Shown: piece by piece, positions 37,932 to 47,858 of the stretch
Layout: the number at the start of each line of letters is the position of its first letter
Numbering within the stretch: the stretch's first letter is position 1
Sequence record: MZ501067
Direction: 5' to 3' (one strand)
From: Escherichia phage FriedrichZschokke
DNA length: 64,000 bases
The notes under the pieces: model-generated
Told to the model about the DNA's origin: nothing
The model's input: the letters and a program-made list of their open reading frames with translations, nothing else
Databases searched by the model: none
Made by a program: the position numbers and the translations under genes

Positions 37932-38293
37932 TATAAGCTCTCAGTAAAGGTACGAGCAATAACGTCGCGCTGCTGTTCCGGAGTCAGAGAGTTAAAGCGA
38001 ACTGCATAACCGGATACACGGATGGTCAGCTGCGGATATTTTTCCGGATGCTTAACTGCATCTTCCAGAGTTTCACGACGCAGAACGTTAACGTTCAGGT
38101 GTTGACCACCTTCAATTTTAACTGTAGGCTGTGGCTCAATTTCAATTTCACGAGCATGCAAACCGTAGAAAATTTCTGGGTCTACAAAAGAGTCCTCTTT
38201 AAAGGTTTTAGAGACAATAATTCGTGCTTGAATACCATCTTCAAAATAAATAGTACCTTTATGTGTGCCTTCAAGAATTTGATATGCTTTCAT
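37931..38293 (-). CDS. grcA: Autonomous glycyl-radical cofactor (GrcA/YfiD-like)
   Basis: 120 aa; C-terminal ~60 aa (...[33 protein letters not shown]) carries the RVSGY glycyl-radical motif and appears near-identical to E. coli GrcA as recalled. Confidence 0.8.
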   Translation of the reverse strand: MKAYQILEGTHKGTIYFEDGIQARIIVSKTFKEDSFVDPEIFYGLHAREIEIEPQPTVKIEGGQHLNVNVLRRETLEDAVKHPEKYPQLTIRVSGYAVRFNSLTPEQQRDVIARTFTESL

Positions 38294-38300
38294 ATAAACC

Positions 38301-38627
38301 TCAATTAGAAAATAAATTTATCCAAGATTGTTCTTTAATTAAAAATGGCTCAGAATCATATGCCATTAAACTTTGGGTGATTAGTCCTTTAAAAGGTCCA
38401 TCAATAAATTCCATGGTAAAATATGGAATTTTATTCATTAACTGTGCGTTAGGAGCAGTGCACAAAACTCTGCATCCTTTGAATACACCTTTTTGTAATT
38501 TGTATTGCTTGGGATAAAATTCGCTTAAAATGTTGTTATTTGCCAAAATTTCAAAATGATTTACCAATTTATTTTTAATAGTTTTTGGCGAAAAATAGAG
38601 ATATTCGAAAAGCTGTGTGTCTGTCAT
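38301..38627 (-). CDS. Hypothetical protein (~108 aa)
   Basis: ORF trimmed to an internal Met. Confidence 0.45.
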   Translation of the reverse strand: MTDTQLFEYLYFSPKTIKNKLVNHFEILANNNILSEFYPKQYKLQKGVFKGCRVLCTAPNAQLMNKIPYFTMEFIDGPFKGLITQSLMAYDSEPFLIKEQSWINLFSN

Positions 38628-39223
38628 TATTGCATTCCGATTACGAAAAACTGTGGACGAGTAATACCACCAATGCAACATTTACTATTACAGCAGTAGT
38701 GTACAGTGTCAATATGGACGCTATAAATCTTATCCATATCAGGAGATTTGACAGGCTCATCAATTATATACAAAATTCGCGAAAGCGATAAACCTCTGAA
38801 CTTGCTTCCTTTATTACCAATAAAACTGCGTACAGAATCAGTAAATAAACGAAAACGTATATCATCATTAGAATAACGCGAAAATTCCTTTTTAATGTTA
38901 TTTGCAGAAATTTTAGCGTAAGCTGAAGTATTAGAAAGAACAATAACTGTTCCGCCATCATACAGCCAATTAGCAGCAAAGTTAGTCACAGCAATTGATT
39001 TACCAGATTGACGTCCACCATCTATACGAAGTGTGCAGTACTGCTTAAGTAATTCTTCAAATGGCGGGATATATTCGTTTTTACAAATTTCTTCTACTCT
39101 AGCATCAGAATGGTGTGTAAAAGCATTCATCAGGGATAGATACGGGCCAGTTAAAAATGTTCTCATATTTTCTCTCTTAATTTTTGGGCCATTCCATGGC
39201 ACATGAGTTGTCCATTCCTGCAT
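38627..39223 (-). CDS. P-loop NTPase-like protein (198 aa)
   Basis: Walker A-like GGRQSGKS and Walker B-like LYIIDE; C-terminal Cys cluster. Confidence 0.5.
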   Translation of the reverse strand: MQEWTTHVPWNGPKIKRENMRTFLTGPYLSLMNAFTHHSDARVEEICKNEYIPPFEELLKQYCTLRIDGGRQSGKSIAVTNFAANWLYDGGTVIVLSNTSAYAKISANNIKKEFSRYSNDDIRFRLFTDSVRSFIGNKGSKFRGLSLSRILYIIDEPVKSPDMDKIYSVHIDTVHYCCNSKCCIGGITRPQFFVIGMQ

Positions 39224-39301
39224 TACCCATTACCGCGCTTTGGCTCGACCTTATCACAGGTTGACGGGAATACCTCAAATGAGGTCCAGGCTGTTCCCAT
39301 A

Positions 39302-39775
39302 TTATTTGAACGATTTAACGTACTGAATAGAACCTTTACTATTTACAAAGGCAATTTTACCATTTTTACTATACATGGTAGCAGTACGTTGATAACCATA
39401 AGTTTGTTTACCAGATTGATAACCAACTAATGCGAAATTATCTTCGCCCATTTTATTCTGTTTAGCGCGAATGCGTTCATGACCATGTGCCATAAGAACC
39501 TTAGCATCACCGGTTGCAATGGATCGACGAGTTTTTTCATCTTCAACTGTATTAACAAAGTCGTCAAATGAATCAAATTTAGCATGAGATTTATTATACA
39601 GTTTTCCATCTACTGCATAATTATATCCCTGTACATCCATCTCAACTTCTGTACCATCATCCAATACAGCAGTGATTTTTTGACCTTTTTTAAATTTCAA
39701 AAGATCAGTAAAAGATTCAGCAATAATTTGAGAATTAATAGCTGCTTCAGTGATAAATTCTTGATATGTTTTCAT
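39302..39775 (-). CDS. ipIII: Capsid internal protein (IPIII-like)
   Basis: 157 aa; N-terminal capsid-targeting sequence MKTYQEFITE shared with the adjacent IP gene; basic. Confidence 0.7.
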   Translation of the reverse strand: MKTYQEFITEAAINSQIIAESFTDLLKFKKGQKITAVLDDGTEVEMDVQGYNYAVDGKLYNKSHAKFDSFDDFVNTVEDEKTRRSIATGDAKVLMAHGHERIRAKQNKMGEDNFALVGYQSGKQTYGYQRTATMYSKNGKIAFVNSKGSIQYVKSFK

Positions 39776-39791
39776 ATGATTCCTTTAATTT

Positions 39792-40109
39792 TTATTCTTT
39801 AGGAAAATTTTTAGAATATGCGTCGTAAAGCTTATTTCCAATACGACGAAAAACTCTAGCTGCAAAACGATTTTCTGGGTTTTTAATCATAATTTGCATC
39901 ATATAAGTACCCGCGTCTGAAAGAGCTTCTTCATAGTACCCGTTAATTTCTTTAAGAGTCCTACGTTTACCACCAGGACCATCAACAGTGATTTTCCATT
40001 TACCTGTAGAAGTGCGACTCGGCGGCTCAACTTGTTCAATCCAAATATAACCGCCTTCTACACGTTGTCCTGCAGCAGATTCTGCAATAAATTCTTGATA
40101 TGTTTTCAT
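39792..40109 (-). CDS. ipII: Capsid internal protein (IPII-like)
   Basis: 105 aa; N-terminal capsid-targeting sequence MKTYQEFIAE. Confidence 0.7.
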   Translation of the reverse strand: MKTYQEFIAESAAGQRVEGGYIWIEQVEPPSRTSTGKWKITVDGPGGKRRTLKEINGYYEEALSDAGTYMMQIMIKNPENRFAARVFRRIGNKLYDAYSKNFPKE

Positions 40110-40118
40110 ATGTTTCCT

Positions 40119-40535
40119 TTAAATGTAAATATTTTTACCGTAATACTTATACCAATGTGGTTTCATTAAAATTTTTTCATCAAGTCGTTGTTGACTCAAT
40201 TTAATAGCTGATTTGCATGGATTATAATCATTTTTCCATTCTACTGGAATATCGCTGATGTCAGGAACTTCAGTATCTTTTATACTGAACCCTCGTTTTA
40301 AGCATTCCGTTATAATGTCTAATTGACGCTTTCGCAAAAATTCTAACTTATCGTAAAAGAAAGTAACATGACCAGAACCTAAAATAAATTTAGAAGATAT
40401 TTTAAAATCTTTAACGCGCTTACCGTTTGCCACATGCTTACGAACTATACCAAAAACACGCGGCAATTCACGGTATTCTGCGATTAAATGTTGATCAGCA
40501 AGTTCAGATACTAAAGTCAAATTAATACGAGTCAT
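40119..40535 (-). CDS. denV: Endonuclease V (pyrimidine-dimer DNA glycosylase)
   Basis: 138 aa, [17 protein letters not shown]...; matches T4 DenV. Confidence 0.93.
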   Translation of the reverse strand: MTRINLTLVSELADQHLIAEYRELPRVFGIVRKHVANGKRVKDFKISSKFILGSGHVTFFYDKLEFLRKRQLDIITECLKRGFSIKDTEVPDISDIPVEWKNDYNPCKSAIKLSQQRLDEKILMKPHWYKYYGKNIYI

Positions 40536-40554
40536 TTTATCCCTCCAAGTAACT

Positions 40555-40594
40555 GTGAATATACTATCACAATTCTAGGAGAAAGTAAACAACT

Positions 40595-40595
<1 letters not shown>
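40555..40595 (-). promoter_or_regulatory. Early promoter
   Basis: Minus strand: -35 TTTACT, 17 bp spacer, -10 TAGTAT. Confidence 0.45.
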
Positions 40596-41563
<968 letters not shown>

Positions 41564-41582
<19 letters not shown>

Positions 41583-42052
41583 TCAGTGATAAAGTTATTT
41601 AAATTTTGAGTATATTTCTTTTCATCAAAAATCCTTTGTTGTCTGCGTAGCCGCCATGGCATTTCAATGAACGTGTACCATATCCCAGATAATATTGCTG
41701 CTGTAAAAATATTAACAAGTATGGTTAAAAGAATCCAATCTCCTATTCTGTCCATTGGATTTTTTATAAAAAAGTAAAATACGAATGATGTCACAGGAAA
41801 ACTAATAATGTACCACAGAATCATAATTTTATCTGTGAACCAATCAGCATTTGTTAACTTAGCACGACCATTATGAATACACACGAATTTATCATCTGTT
41901 ATAATAGATGGCTTAGCTGCTTGATATCCCATTCTAAACTCCCTAATCAACAAATTTTTCATATCTTCGGAACAACCATTCCAGTCAACTCTATTAACTG
42001 AAATGCCATCATCCCCATCATCTAAATCATACCAGCGAGTTTTTAAAATCAT
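41564..42052 (-). CDS. Membrane protein (162 aa) with C-terminal FITECRKLK motif
   Basis: Two hydrophobic helices; C-terminus NNFITECRKLK. Confidence 0.55.
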
Positions 42053-42423
42053 TTAATTTTCCTACAATCATTCACGAATTCTTTCATTGATTCATTTTCA
42101 ATATAAGACATGTAGTTATTATATTCTTTTAATTGTATTTTGTAATCCTTTTTTCTTTGCCAATTTATTTTAAAATTATCATAATGAAAATATAAAATGA
42201 TACTAAAGAATGAAAATAATGAAATTGCTATAGTATAATGAAGTTCACTCCAAACTTCTATTATATCTACTATACCGCTGACGTTACTGCGGATGTTTAA
42301 AATAATACAGTCAATCATTAATCCAATAAGACTACCAGCAAGAGCTGCAGCCAACGCCACAGCAAAAATTAAAAATGACTCAGAAAAAGAATATTTGACT
42401 TTATTTAGTTTTGGCTTTTGCAT
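42049..42423 (-). CDS. Membrane protein (124 aa) with C-terminal FVNDCRKIK motif
   Basis: Two hydrophobic helices; C-terminus KEFVNDCRKIK. Confidence 0.55.
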   Translation of the reverse strand: MQKPKLNKVKYSFSESFLIFAVALAAALAGSLIGLMIDCIILNIRSNVSGIVDIIEVWSELHYTIAISLFSFFSIILYFHYDNFKINWQRKKDYKIQLKEYNNYMSYIENESMKEFVNDCRKIK

Positions 42424-42797
42424 CGTGATTCCTTAACAAATTTCATAATTTCATTAAATTCATACATATTTAGTTTAAGCTGGTGTTCCTTTTTAATCTT
42501 TTTACACTGAGCTTTCCATTCACGTACACGTTTACGATAATGCCTTCCTTGATACCAATATCCTACCCAATTTACAGGTACCAATAAAAATGGAACTACT
42601 AATGGAAGAATTAATACTAACAAAAATATTACGCCAGATTTAATATCAGTCATAAAGTCTATAACCATTCCAACAATCAATAGAATTACAAATGATATAG
42701 CTGTCACAGGACCTATTAATACATCAGTAGGAATTAGCTGACGTTTTAGTTCATACTTCACAGGTTCACTTGGAAGGTATAGTGATGGCTTTGACAT
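42405..42797 (-). CDS. Membrane protein (~130 aa) with C-terminal FVKESRCK motif
   Basis: Two hydrophobic helices; start trimmed to an internal Met; still overlaps its upstream neighbour. Confidence 0.5.
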   Translation of the reverse strand: MSKPSLYLPSEPVKYELKRQLIPTDVLIGPVTAISFVILLIVGMVIDFMTDIKSGVIFLLVLILPLVVPFLLVPVNWVGYWYQGRHYRKRVREWKAQCKKIKKEHQLKLNMYEFNEIMKFVKESRCKSQN

Positions 42798-43371
42798 ATT
42801 CTCTACATTCCTTAACAAATTTTTCTAATAATAAATCGCTTTCAAAATTAGGATTTTCTACGAATTTATCAAAAAGATCATCAACAATAGTTAAGATATT
42901 CTTTTTACTAAGAATACGTTTATTTTCATGCTTTGTTTCAGAATCAACTATAAGAGTAAAGAAATATTTCTTGCCCTGAAATTTTACAGTAGTATCAATA
43001 TAGAATAAATTTGACTTTTGTAAATTACGTTTAAACCATGCATCACTTAAACTATAAACACCAAGATAATCATAATCGTCGTTTAAATAACATACTGTCC
43101 ATTCAGGAGAAATGAAATCAGTAAATTCAACATCAAAATCACATGTTAATGAATGAATTGATTCAATACTGTTAATAAGTATTCCAGGACGTATTAAAGA
43201 CTTTTTACCTTTATAAAATCCAGAAAGACTTTCATCAGTTTCATATGAAGAACCCCAATAATAATTACGTCCTTCTGCCATACGTTTAAGAGCATTTAAT
43301 AATTGGTCTGGAACATCAACCTGTCTTTGGAACTCTTCAAACATTGAATTGAAATCACTTTGCATTTTCAT
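42766..43371 (-). CDS. Hypothetical protein (201 aa) with near-C-terminal FVKECRE motif
   Basis: Soluble; ...LLEKFVKECREYVKAITIPSK. Confidence 0.55.
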   Translation of the reverse strand: MKMQSDFNSMFEEFQRQVDVPDQLLNALKRMAEGRNYYWGSSYETDESLSGFYKGKKSLIRPGILINSIESIHSLTCDFDVEFTDFISPEWTVCYLNDDYDYLGVYSLSDAWFKRNLQKSNLFYIDTTVKFQGKKYFFTLIVDSETKHENKRILSKKNILTIVDDLFDKFVENPNFESDLLLEKFVKECREYVKAITIPSK

Positions 43372-43392
43372 TCCTACTTACTCCAAGTAATA

Positions 43393-43408
43393 GGGGCCGA
43401 AGCCCCTT
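43393..43408 (-). terminator. Hairpin / weak terminator
   Basis: Minus RNA aggggc-UUCG-gccccu with a modestly U-rich tail. Confidence 0.4.
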
Positions 43409-43412
43409 ATCA

Positions 43413-44006
43413 TTATTTCAGAGAATTAATGTATTCCTGAACATCGGCAGAGGTAGTTTCAACCCCAGAAATATTGCCATTAAAGGTTTCAACTCGAGCA
43501 AGAGTATCTTCAATATCAACCTTAGTCAGTGCTGCAATTTCAACTACATCATCAGCAGTACTAATTCCAAGGGCATTTGCTGCACGAGTTTCACGGATAT
43601 ATTCCAATTTAACTGCAAGTTCTTGGCGAGCATCATCCAATTCAACTACTTTCTTGGCGATTTCAATTCGCATTTCAGCATAACCATCAGCTTTAGTAGT
43701 CAACTGTTCAGCTGTTCGACGATATAGCAAGCCGAGTTTAGCATGCATTGTTACATCTTGACCTTCAGAAAGAAGCTTGCGAATTTCACGCTCTTTTGAT
43801 TCGGCCTGTCGATTCTTTTCGACAATAAGTTCACGAATACGTTTTTCTTCATTAATAGATTTAACAGAAGCAGTTTTTAGATCTTTAATCTTATCAAGTA
43901 GTTTTGCTGCCGCAGCAGTATACTGTTCTTCAACAGATAGATTTTTAGCCATAGCAGAACCAAGTTTAGTGCGAATAAACTCAACAATTTTCTTCAGTGT
44001 GTTCAT
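43413..44006 (-). CDS. Coiled-coil protein (197 aa), PspA/IM30-like by composition
   Basis: Entirely helical, charged, heptad-rich; resemblance to PspA judged by eye only. Confidence 0.5.
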   Translation of the reverse strand: MNTLKKIVEFIRTKLGSAMAKNLSVEEQYTAAAAKLLDKIKDLKTASVKSINEEKRIRELIVEKNRQAESKEREIRKLLSEGQDVTMHAKLGLLYRRTAEQLTTKADGYAEMRIEIAKKVVELDDARQELAVKLEYIRETRAANALGISTADDVVEIAALTKVDIEDTLARVETFNGNISGVETTSADVQEYINSLK

Positions 44007-44063
44007 AGTATTTCCTTAGGTTGGTATAATTAGATAATATCACGTTTCTAATAGATTGTAAAC

Positions 44064-44399
44064 TTATTCTTCGTCTAGCTCGTCGATAAAGGCGTCGATG
44101 GCCTCGACAACGGCATCATTGATAGCCAATAAAATAAAATCATCGTCAGTACCTTTAGAAGATTTTAAAGCATTGATATATGCTTGGTTGGCGAGTTCCC
44201 AAGCCTTTTTAAAATAAGGAGCTTCATCATCGGGGCCAACGAAACGTACGCCTTCAAAGATACGGTTAGCATAATCCAATACCCAATGTACAGGTATGTT
44301 TTGAGAACGTTCGTTAAACTCTTTAAATTCCTTAGATTCAAAAAGCTCTTCAGGATAATCATTTCTATTACAAAAAGCTTTACTAAAGTTACGTTTCAT
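44064..44399 (-). CDS. Hypothetical protein (111 aa)
   Basis: ORF downstream of an early promoter. Confidence 0.5.
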   Translation of the reverse strand: MKRNFSKAFCNRNDYPEELFESKEFKEFNERSQNIPVHWVLDYANRIFEGVRFVGPDDEAPYFKKAWELANQAYINALKSSKGTDDDFILLAINDAVVEAIDAFIDELDEE

Positions 44400-44419
44400 A
44401 ATGTTTTCCTTGTGATGAT

Positions 44420-44460
44420 AAGTCTATAGTAACGCCTTCATACTTAGATGTAAACTATTT
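44420..44460 (-). promoter_or_regulatory. Early promoter
   Basis: Minus strand: -35 TTTACA (44449-44454), 17 bp spacer, -10 TACTAT (44426-44431). Confidence 0.5.
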
Positions 44461-44610
44461 CAACATCGCCTTTTGCTGTTTTATAACCTTCAGCCCAAGA
44501 TACAACCGAGTTTTTATCTGAAGATTCAAATTCTGGCATTGGGCTTTCGCCAATGTTCACGCAGTATGTTTCTTCATTTTCGTCGAACCAAATAATTAAA
44601 GTAGTCATTT
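44449..44610 (-). CDS. Small hypothetical protein (~53 aa)
   Basis: ORF read by hand (MTTLIIWFDENEETYCVNIGESPMPEF...); below the track cut-off. Confidence 0.35.
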
Positions 44611-44676
44611 ATTTCTCCGTTTCTGTATTTGTTTTGATAAGTCTATAATAACACCATCCTTGGTGTTTGTACACAA

Positions 44677-44952
44677 TTATTTCATATTATTGAAATATTC
44701 TTCTGCGATTTCGTCGTTATCATGGTAAACTTTAGAAGACAGTTTAACATAACCTTCAGCAGTGAACATGTTAATCACAACCTTTACAGTATACCACTGA
44801 CCATCTTCATTACCCATTACTGCGTAAGTTTCAAACATCGGATGGTCAGGACCGATAACTTTAATATCATTCACTGTACGACCGAAATCTTCTGAAACAC
44901 ATTTCATAAAGAAGTTGAACAGTTCGCCGTAATTATCCATTTTATTCTCCAA
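44677..44952 (-). CDS. Hypothetical protein (91 aa)
   Basis: First ORF downstream of the early promoter at 44977-45020. Confidence 0.5.
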   Translation of the reverse strand: MENKMDNYGELFNFFMKCVSEDFGRTVNDIKVIGPDHPMFETYAVMGNEDGQWYTVKVVINMFTAEGYVKLSSKVYHDNDEIAEEYFNNMK

Positions 44953-44976
44953 GTTGTTTTCTGTATCAGTAGTTGA

Positions 44977-45020
44977 TATTGATATAGTACCATGGAAGAA
45001 CAGGGATGTAAACAGTTTTG
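44977..45020 (-). promoter_or_regulatory. Early promoter
   Basis: Minus strand: -35 TTTACA (45007-45012), 17 bp spacer, TGG-TACTAT -10 (44984-44992). Confidence 0.55.
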
Positions 45021-45140
45021 TGAAAAAATTTTTTAAAAAGTTTTGGGGAATTCTGGGGCAGGGAGGGGCAATTAAAGGATAGGATAATATATTATAACGG
45101 GTAGAAACTAAATGATGTCTGGAGAGGCCCAGAAAGGCCT

Positions 45141-45176
45141 AGATGCCAAAAAGCCCCAACCTTTCGGTCGGGGCTA
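45141..45176 (-). terminator. Intrinsic terminator at the end of the tRNA / small-RNA transcription unit
   Basis: Minus RNA agcccc(gacc)-GAAA-(gguu)ggggcu followed by UUUUGGCAUCU. Confidence 0.6.
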
Positions 45177-45227
45177 AGCCTTGCGGCAACCTTGTCGGGG
45201 TTCCACCTGCTAAGGCAAGTGTTTGTA

Positions 45228-45318
45228 CGAAACGCCGGGATTCGAACCCGGTTATTAAGCAGTTGACGCTACTCAATATTTTTAAAAGGCCATATCTCGA
45301 CCATATCCGAACGTTCCG
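45228..45318 (-). ncRNA. tRNA-like element / possible small stable RNA (no anticodon arm recognised)
   Basis: Perfect T-arm (CCGGG-UUCGAAU-CCCGG) and a 7 bp acceptor-like helix (45312-45318 with 45228-45234), but the interior does not fold as D and anticodon arms by eye. Confidence 0.25.
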
Positions 45319-45491
45319 TCAAAAACGCTACTCGGCTTACGGCAAAGATATTTCCTCGAATCGATAATTCGGTGCGCCGTTTCTGCTGTGATGTAAGGGG
45401 ATATTAACAAATCATAAAGATTTATTAAGACCAGTCCTTACTCAGGGAACATCAGTCCGACGTCTTGCCGGTAGCGACCCGGCTTCTTGTT

Positions 45492-45567
45492 TGGTCGAGG
45501 CAGTAGGGATCGAACCTACGACCCAGGACTTAGAAGGTCCTTGCTCTTCCTTCTGAGCTATGCCCCG
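45492..45567 (-). tRNA. tRNA-Arg (anticodon UCU)
   Basis: Hand-folded cloverleaf: 7 bp acceptor, T-loop UUCGAUC, anticodon loop CUUCUAA; CCA encoded. Confidence 0.85.
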
Positions 45568-45571
45568 TAAT

Positions 45572-45647
45572 TGGGGTGACCGATGGGAGTCGAACCCATG
45601 ACTACGAGAATCACAATCTCGAGTTCTACCAACTGAACTACGGCCAC
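45572..45647 (-). tRNA. tRNA-His (anticodon GUG)
   Basis: Hand-folded cloverleaf: anticodon loop UUGUGAU, discriminator C73, CCA encoded; no G at position -1 (U instead). Confidence 0.75.
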
Positions 45648-45761
45648 ATTAATACCTACTCCAACAATCAAGATGTCTTCACACGAAATTAAGAGAAGAG
45701 TGATCAGTTCAACCCCTATAATCGCGTCAAGTAGATATTAATGTGACAGTTGTCACAAATT

Positions 45762-45836
45762 TGGCGGACGTGATAGGATTCGAACCTATAACCAATCGCT
45801 TAACAGGCGATCGCTCTGCCATTGAGCTACACATCC
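45762..45836 (-). tRNA. tRNA-Asn (anticodon GUU)
   Basis: Hand-folded cloverleaf: anticodon loop CUGUUAA, T-loop UUCGAAU, CCA encoded. Confidence 0.8.
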
Positions 45837-45840
45837 AAAT

Positions 45841-45927
45841 TGGTGGGGAGTGGTGGAGTCGAACCACCCGAGTCGCAATGACAATGGATTTACAGTCCAC
45901 ACCGCTACCTCTACGGGATAACTCCCC
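45841..45927 (-). tRNA. tRNA-Tyr (anticodon GUA), long variable arm
   Basis: 87 nt; perfect acceptor GGGGAGU/ACUCCCC; anticodon loop CUGUAAA; variable region resembles E. coli tRNA-Tyr; CCA encoded. Confidence 0.8.
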
Positions 45928-45940
45928 TTAATTCTTAATT

Positions 45941-46015
45941 TGGTGGCCCTGGGTGGAATTGAACCACCATCTGGCGATTATGAGTCGCTTGCTTGAACCT
46001 TCCAGCTACAGGGCC
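45941..46015 (-). tRNA. tRNA-Ile (anticodon CAU, lysidine-type; Met not excluded)
   Basis: Anticodon stem-loop AGCGA-CUCAUAA-UCGCC closely resembles E. coli tRNA-Ile2; paired head-to-tail with tRNA-Thr as in the T4 Thr-Ile dimer. Confidence 0.75.
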
Positions 46016-46016
46016 T

Positions 46017-46092
46017 TGGTGCTGATTGACGGAATCGAACCGCCGACCTTCTCATTACAAGTGAGTTGCTCTACCTACTGAGCTAAATCAGC
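46017..46092 (-). tRNA. tRNA-Thr (anticodon UGU)
   Basis: Hand-folded cloverleaf: anticodon loop CUUGUAA; CCA encoded. Confidence 0.8.
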
Positions 46093-46097
46093 AAAAC

Positions 46098-46187
46098 TGG
46101 CGGAGGCGATAGGATTTGAACCTATGAGTCGCCGGAGCGACTGCCGGTTTTCAAGACCGGTGCATTAAACCACTCTGCCACGCCTCC
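46098..46187 (-). tRNA. tRNA-Ser (anticodon UGA), long variable arm
   Basis: 90 nt; anticodon stem-loop CCGGU-CUUGAAA-ACCGG; CCA encoded. Confidence 0.8.
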
Positions 46188-46189
46188 AG

Positions 46190-46263
46190 TCTCCATACAA
46201 GGATTTGAACCTTGGACCTCCTGATCCCAAATCAGGCGCTCTACCAAACTGAGCTACACGGAG
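46190..46263 (-). tRNA. tRNA-Pro (anticodon UGG)
   Basis: Anticodon loop UUUGGGA; CCA not encoded; 2 nt from tRNA-Ser (dimeric precursor arrangement). Confidence 0.8.
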
Positions 46264-46273
46264 TAAATTAAAT

Positions 46274-46347
<74 letters not shown>

Positions 46348-46352
46348 AAATT

Positions 46353-46439
46353 TGGTGCGAGAAGTGGGACTCGAACCCACAAGGAAATCATTCCGCAGCA
46401 TTTTAAGTGCTGTGCCTTTACCAATTTGACCATTCTCGC
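46353..46439 (-). tRNA. tRNA-Leu (anticodon UAA), long variable arm
   Basis: 87 nt; anticodon stem-loop CAGCA-CUUAAAA-UGCUG; CCA encoded; 1 nt from tRNA-Gln. Confidence 0.8.
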
Positions 46440-46440
46440 G

Positions 46441-46513
46441 CTGGGAATAAAGGACTCGAACCTTTGCATCCTGGAATCAAAATCCAGTGCCTTACCAACT
46501 TGGCTAATTCCCA
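46441..46513 (-). tRNA. tRNA-Gln (anticodon UUG)
   Basis: UGGGAAU acceptor; anticodon stem-loop CUGGA-UUUUGAU-UCCAG; resembles E. coli tRNA-Gln; CCA not encoded. Confidence 0.85.
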
Positions 46514-46610
46514 ATTATTAACAAAGGCTCTTAAGCAAGAACCCTTGATGATAGAGGGTATTAATCAGTGCGGTATGAGTTAATAATAACAAATAATTCT
46601 TAAAGCATAT

Positions 46611-46904
46611 TTACCATTTATGATAATACATATTTACGATGCATTCAAGACCCAAAGGATTCTTGAAAATATCATATTCAAGAGGACCTTTTTCTGTTTC
46701 AATAAAGAAATCAAAATTTACTGTATTAAATTTACGGTCTTCCTTTACTAATTTAACTTGAGAAGATGAACGGTCAATGTAAACCTTTTCAACTTCAAAA
46801 CATGTTAAAATGCCATAATCATCAATCAAGGCTTTAGCTGCTTCTTGATCATATTTATATCCATTTTCAATGGATGATACTTTCGCATAAAGAATCATTA
46901 TCAA
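46611..46904 (-). CDS. Hypothetical protein (97 aa)
   Basis: ORF immediately upstream of the tRNA cluster. Confidence 0.5.
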   Translation of the reverse strand: MIMILYAKVSSIENGYKYDQEAAKALIDDYGILTCFEVEKVYIDRSSSQVKLVKEDRKFNTVNFDFFIETEKGPLEYDIFKNPLGLECIVNMYYHKW

Positions 46905-47284
46905 CCTTCATCAACAATAGTGTGCGTATTGGCATTAACTATTTGCCACCAATCAAAGCGATTAAAACCATACATCGGTTTGTTTTCATTTTCTTTGATA
47001 ATGTCACGGAGTTCATCTTCGGTAGCGGCTTTCGCTATTAAATCAGCATATCCACCACGAGGATAATAATTATCACCTGCAAAAAGTAAAAAGTTTGGTT
47101 TAATGTTATTGAACTCTTCAAGAGTAATAACTTTTCCTGATGGTAGTTGAACAATCTCTACATATTTATATCCCAATTTTTGAGCAGCATCTACTGCTTC
47201 AAGCAAAGTATCATGAGCCCATCCAATTTGACAACCTGGCTTTTCAGATGGATTAGCCTGATAATCCGCATACACTTTGTACAT
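46901..47284 (-). CDS. Hypothetical protein (~127 aa)
   Basis: ORF trimmed to an internal Met (MYKVYADYQ...). Confidence 0.5.
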   Translation of the reverse strand: MYKVYADYQANPSEKPGCQIGWAHDTLLEAVDAAQKLGYKYVEIVQLPSGKVITLEEFNNIKPNFLLFAGDNYYPRGGYADLIAKAATEDELRDIIKENENKPMYGFNRFDWWQIVNANTHTIVDEG

Positions 47285-47285
47285 T

Positions 47286-47471
47286 CTATTCACCTTTAGA
47301 AATTTTATCCATAACGATAGCAATTAAACCAATTAAAAATGCTACTACAAGTGAAAAAACATTTTCTGCTGTAGTCAATAATCCGCATATAAATCCAACA
47401 AACATTGAAAAACTAAAAGCGGAAGCAGAAATTGCAATAGCAACATTTCGAATTAATTCACAACGTTTCAT
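47286..47471 (-). CDS. Small membrane protein (61 aa)
   Basis: Two hydrophobic segments; early promoter directly upstream. Confidence 0.5.
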   Translation of the reverse strand: MKRCELIRNVAIAISASAFSFSMFVGFICGLLTTAENVFSLVVAFLIGLIAIVMDKISKGE

Positions 47472-47492
47472 TTTATTCTCCTCAGTAGTTGA

Positions 47493-47535
47493 TAGGGTAA
47501 TAGTATCACAACTAAAACCCTATGTAAACAACTTT
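47493..47535 (-). promoter_or_regulatory. Early promoter
   Basis: Minus strand: -35 TTTACA (47523-47528), 17 bp spacer, TGA-TACTAT -10 (47500-47508). Confidence 0.5.
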
Positions 47536-47547
47536 GTGAAATATTTA

Positions 47548-47835
47548 TTACAAAAGATTTTTAGCAATAATCTTGAGATGTGCCGCAGAAATGTGTTTAG
47601 CTTTAAACAACGCAGTTTCTTCAGCAGGAGAGATAACGATTGTAGCACCATCCTTTTTAGCAGACCACCCATCACCTAGGTAAACAGTACCTTTGATTTC
47701 TTCGCCATCAACCAGACTAATCATTGGTTTACCTTCTCGTCCTTTATTTGCTTTAATAACTTCAGAAGTAAGAGTAGCCTCGGTAATGGTAGAAACCGGG
47801 GTAGTTGTAGAAGTAAATTCTTTGAAAGTTTTCAT
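47548..47835 (-). CDS. ipI: Capsid internal protein I
   Basis: 95 aa; N-terminal capsid-targeting-type leader MKTFKEF...; matches T4 IPI as recalled. Confidence 0.85.
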   Translation of the reverse strand: MKTFKEFTSTTTPVSTITEATLTSEVIKANKGREGKPMISLVDGEEIKGTVYLGDGWSAKKDGATIVISPAEETALFKAKHISAAHLKIIAKNLL

Positions 47836-47858
47836 TTTATTTTCCTAATTAATTTTGA

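Noticed and set aside
38764-38979. Minus-strand 71 aa ORF (also plus 38048-38308, 38263-38517, 38585-38791)
   Set aside because: Alternate frames or antisense to better-supported genes.
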